DNA of 63,712 bases, counting the filler, from Craspedostauros australis (lineage: Eukaryota): the NCBI GenBank assembly GCA_030167865.1. It is 8 parts of 8 records of this genome, joined end to end, with 100 filler letters (N's around TTAATTAATTAA, not from the genome) between each part and the next. Parts side by side here need not be neighbours in the genome. Positions count along the whole stretch, not along the records: positions 1 to 30,989 come from JALAGF010002097.1; 7 more parts are not named here. One strand, written 5' to 3'. The notes below the pieces were generated by a model. It saw only the letters and a program-made list of their open reading frames with translations, searched no databases and was not told where the DNA came from. Shown here piece after piece: positions 12,658 through 23,876 of the stretch (within the stretch, counting starts at the first letter, position 1; every line of letters begins with the position of its first letter). The position numbers and the translations under genes were made by a program.

Positions 12658-13362
12658 ATGAATCCGCTCCCCTTCCTCATCAGCGTCTTGGTCCTCCTGG
12701 CTCTCGCGGATGCCGCTGCGGCCTTCACGCCACCACGCATGATCCGCACGACAACCGTTCAGCTCTTCGCGGGACCTTCAATTCAGGATGCTTCCGCAGT
12801 CCTTCGAGAATGGGATCAGCTGTATAATCCGGAAACGCTCGCAACGTCCACCACCTCCACCAGTCTGGACCAGCTACGTCCCAAATTGGTGTCATCCGTG
12901 CTGGCATTATCGCAAGCCGCGACGGACGAGCGCAATGCCGATTCGACGACGGGACGGTGTATGCTGGGGATCTGCGCTCCATCGGCAGGTGACGCTGTGG
13001 AGGTGTTGAAATCGTGGGTCACTGCGCTGGGATTACCGCGCGGGTTGCTGCATGGGATGGACAAGGACGGCGTGCCGCTGGAGCTGGATGGCGGCGTGTA
13101 CATCAAGTACAACTCTGGTGGCGTGTACACCTTTGCCGATATTCGCAAGTCGGGGATGGGATTTGATGCGCTGTGGAAGCCGGGTGATGCTCTGCTGGAG
13201 CCGTATGACGGAACGTATCGCGGTGTGTACTTTCAGGTGGAGCTGGCGGATGGCGAGTTCCGACAGTACATGGTGCCGTTGGATCTCTTCTTCGAAGCAC
13301 CTTCGCGAGCTGCAGAACAGGCGGCAACCGCACCCGCAACCTCCTCTGCCAAAGAGTCATGA
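12658..13362 (+). CDS. Plastid-targeted DUF1824-like protein (cyanobacterial-type family of unknown function)
   Basis: Signal peptide plus ASAFAP-type motif (ADAAAA|FTPPR). Motifs LGICAPSAGDAVEVLKSW, GGVYIKYN, PYDGTYRGV and terminal PLDLF match my recollection of DUF1824. Confidence 0.7.
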   Translation: MNPLPFLISVLVLLALADAAAAFTPPRMIRTTTVQLFAGPSIQDASAVLREWDQLYNPETLATSTTSTSLDQLRPKLVSSVLALSQAATDERNADSTTGRCMLGICAPSAGDAVEVLKSWVTALGLPRGLLHGMDKDGVPLELDGGVYIKYNSGGVYTFADIRKSGMGFDALWKPGDALLEPYDGTYRGVYFQVELADGEFRQYMVPLDLFFEAPSRAAEQAATAPATSSAKES

Positions 13363-13568
13363 GGGGCAGCCGCAACATCGTGGCATGCTTCATCCCAGTG
13401 GCAATGTGAAAGAATCGGCAAGCGGAACTCTGGCGTCAACATATTGGACACTATGGAGGAATAAATCAGGCACTCGCAACATATGGTACACACACTGAAG
13501 TCAATACTCGTAAAGTGCTCTCCCAGTACTACTATCATGCTCTACTCTCTCTCTCTTTCTGTCTCTCT

Positions 13569-16304
13569 CTAGACCATGTCGTCACCTTTCACAACGACCC
13601 AGTCGTCATCCGTCTCCATGCCAACCATCTTGGAGTATTCGCGAATGCTGTCCCCGGCCGCTGCCAGGCGTTGTTCCACACCCGTCAGCCCAACCTTCGT
13701 GGCCTTCATCACCATCGCGGTGCTCTTGGTGTCTTCCTTTTGGAATCGTATCGGTGGGAATGGCAATCCGCTACCGACCTTGCTCCGAGTTTCGATCGTC
13801 GCGATGTCCTCTTTCCACTGCTGGCACTTTTCGTTCAACAGACGCAATTCTTGGAAGTAGTCGTACTCTGCCTGCGTGATGGTGGGTTGTGAATGAACCG
13901 CGGACTCCGCGACGGAAGTGCCACGGAGGCTCAACGAGGCTGCATTCTGCTGCAACTTCTCGGTGCGTCCTCGGATCGCGGCTGCCTGGTCGTTCAAGCG
14001 TTGGATGGAGACCTTCAGGGTATGCAGTTGCTTCATCTGGCTGCGATGCAACACTGTCAATTCACTGCGGCGATTGCGGATCAATTGGTTCATCTCCACC
14101 AACGGCAGGACGATGTCTTCGTCGCAACGTTTCTTCATGTCCGCAGACACGGCCAGCAGCTGAGGTGTGATGTCTTCTTGTGGCGTGGACGTCCCGACGA
14201 TGCGTGTCATTCCTTTCAGCCCAGTGATCACTTTCTCCGACAATGGCTTGATGAGAACATGGAGGGGGTTTGTATCCCCCAGAACTGCCAAAGGATCCTT
14301 GTCATCCGTGAGGAGATTGGTGGCTTGTGTCGATGCTCCCATCGATTCGATCTCATTGAAGTGGCGGCTCTCAGTGATGTTTGCGGGCACCTGCGCCGTC
14401 CAAACATGGAGCAGGGCAGAAATGAGTTGACAGAATATGGCATGCATTGGTACGTCGTCAGAAAATGAATGTATTTCAGTCGCAGCAACAGCAGCAGCAA
14501 ACTTGCACAAACACAAACACACTACACATGCACGCACGCATGTACAACAACAGCGCATCTGGTACGAGTATGAACTTACACACATGCCGTTGGAAAGTTG
14601 GCAAATCATGGAATGGCCAAAGTTGGCATCGCTGCTGACGGCAGCACCAGACAGTGCCACATCTGCGGATGTAACATTGAGGATGGACCAGGCAGTTGCC
14701 TTCGTGCTTTGAGATGTCCCGAGCCGCTGGAATACATGGGTGGAGACCGCGCGGATGGAGGATTTGGTGATATAGTGGATGTCAGTTTCGTTGACGGGAT
14801 CTGGCAGCAACATGATGTCGTCATGTCTCGTGGCGTACTCCTGTTGTTCAGAACTGCTCCAATCGATGCGTTGCAGCATGATGCCCTGTTGCATGGTACT
14901 GTTCAGTTCCATGGCATCCTCCATGGTCTCCAACGAGAAGCGTGGAATGCAGAAGCTCGGTGACAGCACGGCGATATCGATGATGTCCGAATCGTACCCA
15001 ATAGCAACACCGACGAAGTCAGGCGCCGTGGAGGCAACGCGCAAGCATTCGATGGAAGTTGCTTTGATCATGTGATTCTCAGGCTCGTCCATCGTCATGA
15101 CGGGCCCTTGAGCCTGGACAGGCCACTTGGATGCCTCCGTGCGAGCCCGCGCGGTGACGAATGCGCTGCGACCATCTCCCGCAAAGGTGTCCGACATGAA
15201 TATCCGGGCCGCGCGCAGCTGTCTCCATCTGGGCGTTTCAGGCGGACATGCCTCAAGCTGGTCCGTAAGAAACTGCTGCGCGGTGTCGATGGATTGCTTC
15301 GGGACGACCGTCTCTGGGAAGAGGATGGGCGAGGCAAGGAAGACCTCGCGTGCGCCCTCGATGAGGAGCACGGAAAGACTCGACAGCAGGGACAAGCCGA
15401 AGGACCGAACGAAGCAAAAGTCCGTGATGCGGTTCGCGTCACCCTCCATACCCTCGGTTCCAAACATCAGCGGTGTTTCCACAGCCTGCGTGCGGCCATC
15501 GTAGAGATGCAGGCCGTACTCCGCGGTTTGCTTGTCAAGCATGAGCATGGCCATGGATCCACGGGGGCACATGACGTCAAACCCATCATGCCGCTGTGGC
15601 GCCGGACGTATACGGATGATGTTGGCTGACGTGCTGCTGGGCAGCATGATGCAATCGAATGGTTCCGTGACATTGCGCAAAGTTCCCTCTGTGATGGAGC
15701 TGTTGCTGCCTCCTCTGCCCGTGGCAAATCGCTGATTCTGCGATCGCTGCTCCTTGGGTGAGGAAGTGTCGAAGCATACCTCAAAGAGGAATACCTCTCG
15801 CTTGGTGTAAAGACAGAGCAACGACGCGTGCTGCTTGCGAGAGCTGCTGCTGTGGATGTCGCCCGTGCGTGACGGCAAACTCAAGGCTGGACTTTTGCTG
15901 GCCTGATGGCCATTGACATCGACGCACAGCAGCTCGGTCGGCGGGTACCGCTGCAGCGCGTTGCGGATCCTTTGGCTGAGCTGCGTGCGTGCATGCGTGA
16001 AGGCGTCCTCGTTGGGATTGGCAGAGCTCTCCGGAAGCGGCAAGCTCCGCGTTTCGATGGTGGGAGCACCATTGATCGTGACCAAAGAATGGATGAAGTT
16101 CCCTCCCGTGCTCAAGCAGGAGAGCTTGACGGAGGCGCCCTCCTCTCTGCCCAACTGCGGCGCCGCATCCCATCCCACCCCCAATGCAGCAACCGGAGTC
16201 ACATCCGGTGCATCCTGACGTCTCGTCTGCGAGCTCGATCGCTGCTGAAATGGAGACTCGTTCGGTGAGAACGAAAGTTCCTGCGAAAATCCAAACCTCG
16301 GCAT
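13569..16304 (-). CDS. NUP88: Nucleoporin Nup88/Nup82-like protein
   Basis: N-terminal beta-propeller-like region (ITDFCF, VFLASPILFP, PVQAQGP, LLPDPVNETDIHY) and a C-terminal coiled coil with QPTITQAEYDYFQELR. Probable in-frame intron at 14391-14579. Confidence 0.75.
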   Translation of the reverse strand: MPRFGFSQELSFSPNESPFQQRSSSQTRRQDAPDVTPVAALGVGWDAAPQLGREEGASVKLSCLSTGGNFIHSLVTINGAPTIETRSLPLPESSANPNEDAFTHARTQLSQRIRNALQRYPPTELLCVDVNGHQASKSPALSLPSRTGDIHSSSSRKQHASLLCLYTKREVFLFEVCFDTSSPKEQRSQNQRFATGRGGSNSSITEGTLRNVTEPFDCIMLPSSTSANIIRIRPAPQRHDGFDVMCPRGSMAMLMLDKQTAEYGLHLYDGRTQAVETPLMFGTEGMEGDANRITDFCFVRSFGLSLLSSLSVLLIEGAREVFLASPILFPETVVPKQSIDTAQQFLTDQLEACPPETPRWRQLRAARIFMSDTFAGDGRSAFVTARARTEASKWPVQAQGPVMTMDEPENHMIKATSIECLRVASTAPDFVGVAIGYDSDIIDIAVLSPSFCIPRFSLETMEDAMELNSTMQQGIMLQRIDWSSSEQQEYATRHDDIMLLPDPVNETDIHYITKSSIRAVSTHVFQRLGTSQSTKATAWSILNVTSADVALSGAAVSSDANFGHSMICQLSNGMCVSSYSYQMRCCCTCVRACVVCLCLCKFAAAVAATEIHSFSDDVPMHAIFCQLISALLHVWTAQVPANITESRHFNEIESMGASTQATNLLTDDKDPLAVLGDTNPLHVLIKPLSEKVITGLKGMTRIVGTSTPQEDITPQLLAVSADMKKRCDEDIVLPLVEMNQLIRNRRSELTVLHRSQMKQLHTLKVSIQRLNDQAAAIRGRTEKLQQNAASLSLRGTSVAESAVHSQPTITQAEYDYFQELRLLNEKCQQWKEDIATIETRSKVGSGLPFPPIRFQKEDTKSTAMVMKATKVGLTGVEQRLAAAGDSIREYSKMVGMETDDDWVVVKGDDMV

Positions 16305-16859
16305 CTCTCGGCCGTCCTTGTTGGCCGTCCTTGTTGGCTGTGCTTGTTGGTCAGGCTTGTTGGCTGTGGCTATCAGGAAGACGTAAGCAGCGATGGCACT
16401 TTGAGGACTCGAAAGCCGGGAGACGAAGAGTGGGAGGTGCAGGGTGATGGATCCCTGAACTCCGAATGTGAAATGATACCGGTACTATGGTCAGGATGGT
16501 CAGGAATACCGAAGTCGACGGCTTGTGCAACTGTCACAGCAACAGTGATGGAAGCCGTGTCTGGCGTCGACGACGGAAATGATCCTCTCTCTTCGTGTTC
16601 TGCCACGACCTCTTGTTACCGTTGCTTTCGCGGTCGAACCAAGTTTCTTGACTCAGTCGACTGCACCCGCAATTCAAATTTCGAAATCGTTTCTTGTGCG
16701 GCTTTGCCCCATAATTCACCCACCCATCAAATCCATCACCGACTTCCACCCGACCTCCATCTGATCGATCTGCCCATGATCTTGATCGCTTCTGCGGCAC
16801 AACCACTGGATACGAGATACACGTAGTCGTAGCGCACGTGCACCACACAACCGCACATC

Positions 16860-17609
16860 ATGGAGGCCAGCAGCGATCAACAGGGCGAAGCGCAGCGCAG
16901 CTCCCGACAAGACGAGCCGAGCAAGGATGACGCTATGGAATCTCTCAGACTCGCGATGAAAGCCCGATCGGATCCCTTCCTTCAGAACTATGAACTGCAT
17001 GGATGGGTACCAGATGCCAACCTCTCGGATGACGTCAACTTCATGGACATGATACTGTTGCTCACCAGGAACTCAACACTGAAACAAGGCGGGATGGCAT
17101 GTGCGCTCGTGCGCCCAATTGCGTCGCCCTCAAATCCAGTACCAACACCGTCAGATCTTTTGGACTCCATCATCAGCCTCTCGACCAACCTCCCATTTTA
17201 CAACGACAACGAGAGCGACATTCACAGCGAGATCGCTGCCATCGGAGAGGTCGCGATGTACGGTGGCAGAGCGCTTATCGGTGCCACCGCCTACATCACC
17301 ATGCCACCTTGCAAGCGCTGCCTCATGGCATTGCACTGCGCCGGCATATCGCGCATCGTGACACGATTGCCCTGCAACAATCCCATCATCACCGATGCCG
17401 CCGCCAGGCATCGCATCAAGTTCGATGTCGTGCCCACGACCCCGGAGCAACAGCAACGGATCCAAAGGCTTGTCGGCGCACCAAACCCCGATCGTGTTCA
17501 GGAGGATCGCAAACGTCGCAAGGAAGAGCGCAAGCAACGCAAGGAGCAGGGCAAACGAATAAGGCAGGAACAGAATATGCCTGCTGCATCAAACGATAAA
17601 CATGAATGA
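16860..17609 (+). CDS. Zinc-dependent cytidine/dCMP deaminase family protein
   Basis: HSEIAAI (HxE) and GATAYITMPPCKRC (PCxxC), followed by AGISRIV, as in dCMP-deaminase-like CDAs. Basic coiled-coil C-terminus. Confidence 0.85.
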   Translation: MEASSDQQGEAQRSSRQDEPSKDDAMESLRLAMKARSDPFLQNYELHGWVPDANLSDDVNFMDMILLLTRNSTLKQGGMACALVRPIASPSNPVPTPSDLLDSIISLSTNLPFYNDNESDIHSEIAAIGEVAMYGGRALIGATAYITMPPCKRCLMALHCAGISRIVTRLPCNNPIITDAAARHRIKFDVVPTTPEQQQRIQRLVGAPNPDRVQEDRKRRKEERKQRKEQGKRIRQEQNMPAASNDKHE

Positions 17610-17770
17610 GTCAGTACAAATGTGTTATGCCTGCAGGGAAAATGCTCTGTGCGAGAAGTCATTACGATCCGAAAAATAGTTCCTTCACAGATTCGATGGA
17701 TGGCTCCTCTACTCCAGTGCATGCCGCTGTCTTCTAATCGACATGTGTTGAAGGCGACAGAGAATTATCG

Positions 17771-20554
17771 TCATCGACAGTTCCGGATCCAATTCCATGG
17801 TAACTGCGTTTGGTTCCGTTGTTCCAAATACGCCGTGACGCACTGGGCGTACACATCGGGCGCTCTTCGCGACACGATCGTCAAGATGTCGTTCGTCACG
17901 TACCCGCACTGACAGCAGTACTCGAGTTCCGTCCGGATTTCATCGTCCGTCCATGTCGTGGTGGAATCGATGATCATGAACAAGGACTTGAACGTGATCG
18001 CATCAGGTTCCGCAACAGATTGGTGCGAACGGATCATCTGCAGAACATCCTTGGTGAGAGTGGAGATCTCCTCGTCCACTTCCGAAGACATGTTGTGCTG
18101 GCAGACCGACAGTGCCGTATTGTACGGCGAGATGCGATTCCTGGGTGAAGTGCGCTGATCCACGTAGTGCCTGTGAAATAATCGCAAGGCGCGTCGGACC
18201 TGTTTCAATTTGTGATCCACGTCACTCTTGCTGCGACCCCAAGTGAGAATGATGGAAATGAAACTGAAGAAATCCGGACGCACCGGGGTTTCATCGTTGG
18301 TTGGGTACATCATCCGATCCAGCAACGCGTTGGCACGATCTCCGGCATCAGGTAGATGGCTTCGTGACAGTGCTTTCATTGCGATGTTGTACGTGGTTGC
18401 ATCAGGAGCGATGTTGGGATCGTTGGTGCTGTACGTGCCCATGCGGGACAGCAACGCGAAGGATTGATCGACAACATCGGGCCTATTCAATGCCGCGATT
18501 GCGCTCAGCGCCGAATTGAACGTCATTGTATCAAGATGCACTGTGGGTGCCTGACCATTTGTGATACCCCTGCTGTACTCCTGCTCGACTTCGAAGAATA
18601 CAACCAATGCGTGCACTGGGTCGAGGGCGAGGAGCGCCATCATCAGCGCATTCAGTGCCGGCGCCGTGCGTTGGATGCCTTTGGCTTTCATTTCGAACAT
18701 GACATCAAGGACGTCATTGGCATGCCTGAGCTTTTGGGAAGCTGACTTGCATCTGTGTGCCTGTCGTTCATACGATGTCAACAGAATGGTGTACGGGATC
18801 GCACCCACCTCGAACTGTGTCTCTTCTCGAGTTCGTGTCACTGATGGTCTTGAAGGCGTGGCATCAACGGTGTCATTGTCGCCGCCATCGTCATCATCAT
18901 TCGTATTCGTTGATGTGGTAGTGGCCGCCAATATCTCCATGGTTTGAATTAACGCCTTGATTTGTGCAGGCGCATTGGCATCACCGCTTCGCGCCCATGC
19001 ATTCATCACGGTGGCAAATGTATACGCTGACGGGCGCACATCGCCGCCACCCGCTTGCAACTGTAGCATTCGTTGCAAAATGGCCTCCGCCTTCTGAGGT
19101 GAATCACGATCCTGCGTGGTGGCGGCCCAAGCATTGGCGCAGATATTGTACGACAGCTCGTCTGGCTTGGTGTCCAACTTGTCCGGTCCATTATGCAGAT
19201 CTTCCATCCACTGCAAAACTTGCTGTGCCTTGTACCCTGCCTGCGTCGTCGATCCGCCCTGCGCATGCGCATTGAGTAATGCATTGAAGCACACTTGGTT
19301 AGGCGGCGGAAAGTTGTCATTGCTCTCGGTTCCTTCTTGCTTCCCGCGATTGTACCGATCCAGCATCCATTGAATGATGTCCGTGGCCTTGTCATGCCAT
19401 CCGTACCTGGCATACGTCGACAGGATGCTGGAAAAGCTTGCGAGGACCAAGTCATGCTGGATATTTTCAAAGCGCGTTGGAGCGTGCGCATTATGACTTT
19501 TGCTGTTGCCTTCATCGTCGTGGGGGTTCTGTTGTTGCGGCTGGATTGAATCCTTCATCAATTTCAGTGCTTCATCTGGCTTGCCTTTGCGACATAAATA
19601 CTGAACGATGGCATACCTTGCGCGATCATTGCGACGTAAAGGTACATGGCGATCGCTCCATAAACGATCCATCTTTTGCAGCAATTCATCCAGATATCGT
19701 ATCGTCTTGCGATCCATGCGAATGTTGCGTTTCCATCGCTGATTGTCATTTTTCTCAATGTTGTAGGTATCACTGTTGCCGTTCAAAGCACCCAGTAGGA
19801 TGGCTTGAAAGGCGCTGTTTACATGCAGCGTGTTGTATGAAACGTTCTTGACGAAGCGCGATCTGTGGTTCGTCAACAATTCATGCAGCAACCGTCGGCT
19901 TTGGTTGTGTGCCTGAGGATGCGACGTCGATTGGATTGTTTGTATCGTCATGGAGAACAGGTACGGGAGGTTGCGACAACCACGTTGGGCGTTGGGAAAA
20001 CGTTTCAAGATTTGTTCCAACACCCGGTTGGCCATGATTCCATCCTGATCCTTCAGCTCATCGATGGACACGAGCTGTTGCAGCAGCTGTTCTGCCATCT
20101 GCGGAATCATCGTGGCGTTTTGTATCCTCCCATTGTCGATGTCGGCGATGAATGTTCGCATTTGGTGGCGGATCTCATCTGGATGTTGCCTCTTCTGCAA
20201 TGCCCGGTTTTGCTTCTTGACTGGGGCCGTTCCAGTCGCTTTGGCAAGCGTACTCATGGTGCTATGCGTACGCATGGTATCGCGTGCGGTGGCGTGCATT
20301 GCGCGACCATCGCTGCCCTGTCCGATCAAAACAGATTGCGAATGGTTCGAGTATTGCCGACATGAACCTTCGAATGGATTCAAAGCATTTGGTGCCACCG
20401 TGAAAGACCTTCCTGCATCCCCACGGCATCTCCAGTAGCCGTCTTCATTGCTGCGTTGACGCGGATTCTCGCAGTCGAATCGCAATGCGGCAATCCACCG
20501 GTGGCGATGGCAACGCTTCGCTGCGTCCCGAGCGAGTGTGACCGACAACGACAT
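17771..20554 (-). CDS. Pentatricopeptide repeat protein, probably organelle (mitochondrion) targeted
   Basis: Repeated PPR helices: PNQVCFNALLNAHA, PDELSYNICANAWA, PSAYTFATVMNAWARSG, PDATTYNIAMKALSRS, PDFFSFISIILTWGRS. Arg/Ser-rich N-terminus. Confidence 0.9.
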   Translation of the reverse strand: MSLSVTLARDAAKRCHRHRWIAALRFDCENPRQRSNEDGYWRCRGDAGRSFTVAPNALNPFEGSCRQYSNHSQSVLIGQGSDGRAMHATARDTMRTHSTMSTLAKATGTAPVKKQNRALQKRQHPDEIRHQMRTFIADIDNGRIQNATMIPQMAEQLLQQLVSIDELKDQDGIMANRVLEQILKRFPNAQRGCRNLPYLFSMTIQTIQSTSHPQAHNQSRRLLHELLTNHRSRFVKNVSYNTLHVNSAFQAILLGALNGNSDTYNIEKNDNQRWKRNIRMDRKTIRYLDELLQKMDRLWSDRHVPLRRNDRARYAIVQYLCRKGKPDEALKLMKDSIQPQQQNPHDDEGNSKSHNAHAPTRFENIQHDLVLASFSSILSTYARYGWHDKATDIIQWMLDRYNRGKQEGTESNDNFPPPNQVCFNALLNAHAQGGSTTQAGYKAQQVLQWMEDLHNGPDKLDTKPDELSYNICANAWAATTQDRDSPQKAEAILQRMLQLQAGGGDVRPSAYTFATVMNAWARSGDANAPAQIKALIQTMEILAATTTSTNTNDDDDGGDNDTVDATPSRPSVTRTREETQFEVGAIPYTILLTSYERQAHRCKSASQKLRHANDVLDVMFEMKAKGIQRTAPALNALMMALLALDPVHALVVFFEVEQEYSRGITNGQAPTVHLDTMTFNSALSAIAALNRPDVVDQSFALLSRMGTYSTNDPNIAPDATTYNIAMKALSRSHLPDAGDRANALLDRMMYPTNDETPVRPDFFSFISIILTWGRSKSDVDHKLKQVRRALRLFHRHYVDQRTSPRNRISPYNTALSVCQHNMSSEVDEEISTLTKDVLQMIRSHQSVAEPDAITFKSLFMIIDSTTTWTDDEIRTELEYCCQCGYVTNDILTIVSRRAPDVYAQCVTAYLEQRNQTQLPWNWIRNCR

Positions 20555-21165
20555 CAAGCGTCCTTGGTGGCTTGGTCGCTGTTGAACGGTGCGGTCGGGT
20601 GGACAACTGAATCAACGCATCAACTGGGTATTTGGTGGTTGTGTGATTGCATCAATGTATTCTCTCTCCAGAGAGAGTCGTACACAATGATCTCTCTCCA
20701 AACACTTGCACTTCCACGTTGCCGAGTCTCTTGGTCATCATCACAGTCGGCATCACGAGAGAGCGACAGGTTTCGGCAACGTTTTTGTCCCTCTTGTCGT
20801 TGGCGGGAGATGCTCATTTTTTGCCGATCCAGTGATCTAATCGAACGGGTCGAATTCCTGTTTTGATGCGTACTGAAACAGCGTCTTACTGCTTACCTCT
20901 TACACACACAGCAACACAACAGGCAGAAACGCCAGTTGTTGCGTGAGCGCCATGATCAACGTGGTGGGGCACAACCAACGACCGAAGGACGGCACCGAGC
21001 GGCAACACCCAAGGCGCAGCCCAAGACCAACAGCCAGGCAGCCGCTCCCCCGTGACAGCCACCGCCTCGACATCACCAGCATCCCGAGCTGACCTCGTTG
21101 GCCAAACAACCACACCGAAGCCCTGCCTTGCAAAGAAGTCGGAGTGAAGAAGAAAAGAAGCAACC

Positions 21166-22246
21166 ATGGTCCTCACCAAGCCTATGATCATCGACGGCCG
21201 CGACCACCTTCTCGGTCGTCTCGCCAGTATCGTCGCCAAGGAGCTCTTGGCCGGCCAGAAGGTCATCATCGTCCGATGTGACGAGATGGTTGTCTCTGGA
21301 TCCCGTGAGTTTGATCATGTTCATTTGCGGGGATGGTGCAACGATGACGCGATGGCGCGATACACCCGTATGGAGTGGCTTGGCATTGCACGGCATGACG
21401 TGGAAGGACTTTCATCGTGCAGACATTGCCTCGGCAGATGCATCAGTCTGGGCACCAAATGGAAGCAATTCTCGATGCCCTCGCCGACCCAGCACAGCCG
21501 ATTGTTCCATGCGCGTCATGAGATGTCAGTCACATGCCCTGTGGCTCTCCAATCATGGCTTCGATGGCTGCAACAGAGTTGGTCTCAGGGCAAGATGTGT
21601 GGATGAAGCCATGACAGGCATGAAAGAACATAACAACCCTTGCAAATGGAGCACATGAGCTAATCCATCTGTCTGTCTTGCTGTACTCCTCGTTACTCGC
21701 GACCAATTTGGTGCTCCAACCATCAACCATGCATTCCGCACACTCTTGTTCTGCCGAACTCATCCTGGATGAAACGCAGTCGTCAGAAACCGAGTGAAGT
21801 ACGCCCAATTCCGCAAAAAGCGCATGAACACAAACCCGTCCCGTGGTCCATTCCATTTCAAGAGCCCCGCCATGATGGTCTGGCGCACAATCCGCGGAAT
21901 GATGCACCAGAAGAGTGCCCGAGGAAACGAGGCATTCTCCCGCCTCTCCACCTTCGATGGAGTCCCAGCACCATACGACAAGCAAAAGCGCGTCGTCGTC
22001 CCAGCCGCTCTCAGAACCATCCGCATCAAGCCAGGCAGAGACTACACCGTCATCGGAGACTTGGCCAACTCTGTTGGCTGGAAGCACAAGGAGCTCCTCT
22101 CCCGACTGGAGTCCAAGCGCAAGGCCGACGGTAAGGAGTTCTACGAGCAGAAGAAGGCCAAGGCCGCCATCCGAAGAAAGGCGGAGGCAGCCTGCGCGTC
22201 TGAGCTCGCTAAGGTCAACGCTGTTCTCGAAGCTTCAGGATACTAA
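21166..22246 (+). CDS. RPL13A: 60S ribosomal protein L13a (uL13), 2 exons
   Basis: Exons 21166-21304 and 21780-22246 (phase-1 intron GTGAGT..CGCAG). Translation MVLTKPMIIDGRDHLLGRLASIVAKELLAGQKV..NTNPSRGPFHFKSP..FDGVPAPYDKQKRVVVP. Confidence 0.97.
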
Positions 22247-22855
22247 ATCAAATAAAGACAAACAAAATTGAACGGAACAGAACAGAAGCCATGTATTGAT
22301 GCATATTGCGACCCGCGAAGACAGCATCAGCGGCCAGCATTTGAAGTGTCCAGATTGATCTTTCTCTCGAACTGACAAACAAACAACATCGACACGTCCG
22401 TACATCATGATCAACGCATAGTTACTGGAGTACTTGCTGGTTATTGTTCCATCCTCTTGTTCGCAGGAGAGGCCCAGCGCAAGGTGACCTTCCACTTGTG
22501 CTAATACTTCTCCTACTCACATTGCTCGGGTCAGAGTACTACTACGAGCTGCGGCACCCGCACTTGGAAGTCTTCAGGACAGCCGCTACACTTGTGCTCC
22601 TAGTCGTACATGCCGCAGATGATGACCGTATGCACGACTTGATGCGCCTGCGAAAAAGCAGCACCGAAATGGATCTTGTTCTCCCCTTCGTTGTCGTTGA
22701 CAGAACATGTTCCCATTTCCCATTGTTCGCAGCCGCAGCCGTTGGTGACAACTCATACTCACCTTCTTCTCGCGCCTCGTGCCTTGCCACAACAACACAA
22801 CATCACATCGTCTACTCGTATAGCACCATACACTTCAGAGCATACAGCAAACATC

Positions 22856-23876
22856 ATGAAGGACGACCTCAGCATCGGATTCGTCGGCTGCGGCATGATG
22901 GCCAGCGCCCTCATGGATGGCCTCATCGACAAGAAGGTCGTGAAGGAGCCATCGCGTATCATCACATCTGACGTCTACCAACCAGCGTTGGATCGTGCGG
23001 CCGGCAAGGGCATCGCAACGACAACCGACAATGCCAAGCTCTGCGCTGACGCAAAGGATGCGATCATCCTGGCCGTCAAACCGAACATCATCCCGGAGGT
23101 TTGCCCCATCATCGGAGGAGCTGTAGACTCGCAGGGGGCGCTCATCATCAGCATCGCCGCAGGTGTCACACTTCAGACGTTGGAATCGTTGCTGGCAGGT
23201 AGCCGCGTGGTGCGCGTGATGCCCAACACGCCTTGCTTGGTGGGAGAGGCTGCATCAGCATACGCCATGTCGTCTGCTTGCACGGAAGACGACAAGACGA
23301 TCGTCGAGGCCATCTTCGGCGCCGTGGGACTTTGTGTGCAAGTGAAAGAAGAACTGCTGAACCCGGTGACAGGATTGAGCGGGAGCGGACCTGCCTACGT
23401 CTACCAATTCATCGAGGCGTTGGCCGATGGTGGTGTGCGATCCGGCTTGCCACGCAGCATCGCGCTCAAGCTCGCTGCACAGACGGTGAAAGGAGCCGCC
23501 GAAATGGTGCTGACCACAGGCACGCATCCCGGACAGCTCAAGGACAATGTGTGCTCGCCAGGCGGCACGACGATCGCTGGTGTTGAGGCATTGGAGAATG
23601 GGTGAGTTGGGCAGGCAGTCGGGGAGTGCTGTTGTTGCACATGATAATACTCCAGAGCATGTTCGTGCCTTGTCCTGTCATCTACGAGTACAACTTCACA
23701 CTAACAACATCCTTCCCCCACATGCATCATTCTTTATCTCCCCTCTTTTCCTCTCTCCGAATCTGAACAGAGGCCTCCGGAGTGCCACCATCTCAGCAGT
23801 CAAGGCAGCAACGAAGCGATCGATGCAACTCGGTGGATACTCGGAAGATCAGATTGCCAACAAACACGATCTGTAA
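22856..23876 (+). CDS. proC: Pyrroline-5-carboxylate reductase, 2 exons
   Basis: Exons 22856-23601 and 23771-23876. Motifs GFVGCGMMA (Rossmann), ILAVKP, ISIAAG, VRVMPNTP, TGLSGSGPAY and CSPGGTTIAG. Confidence 0.96.
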
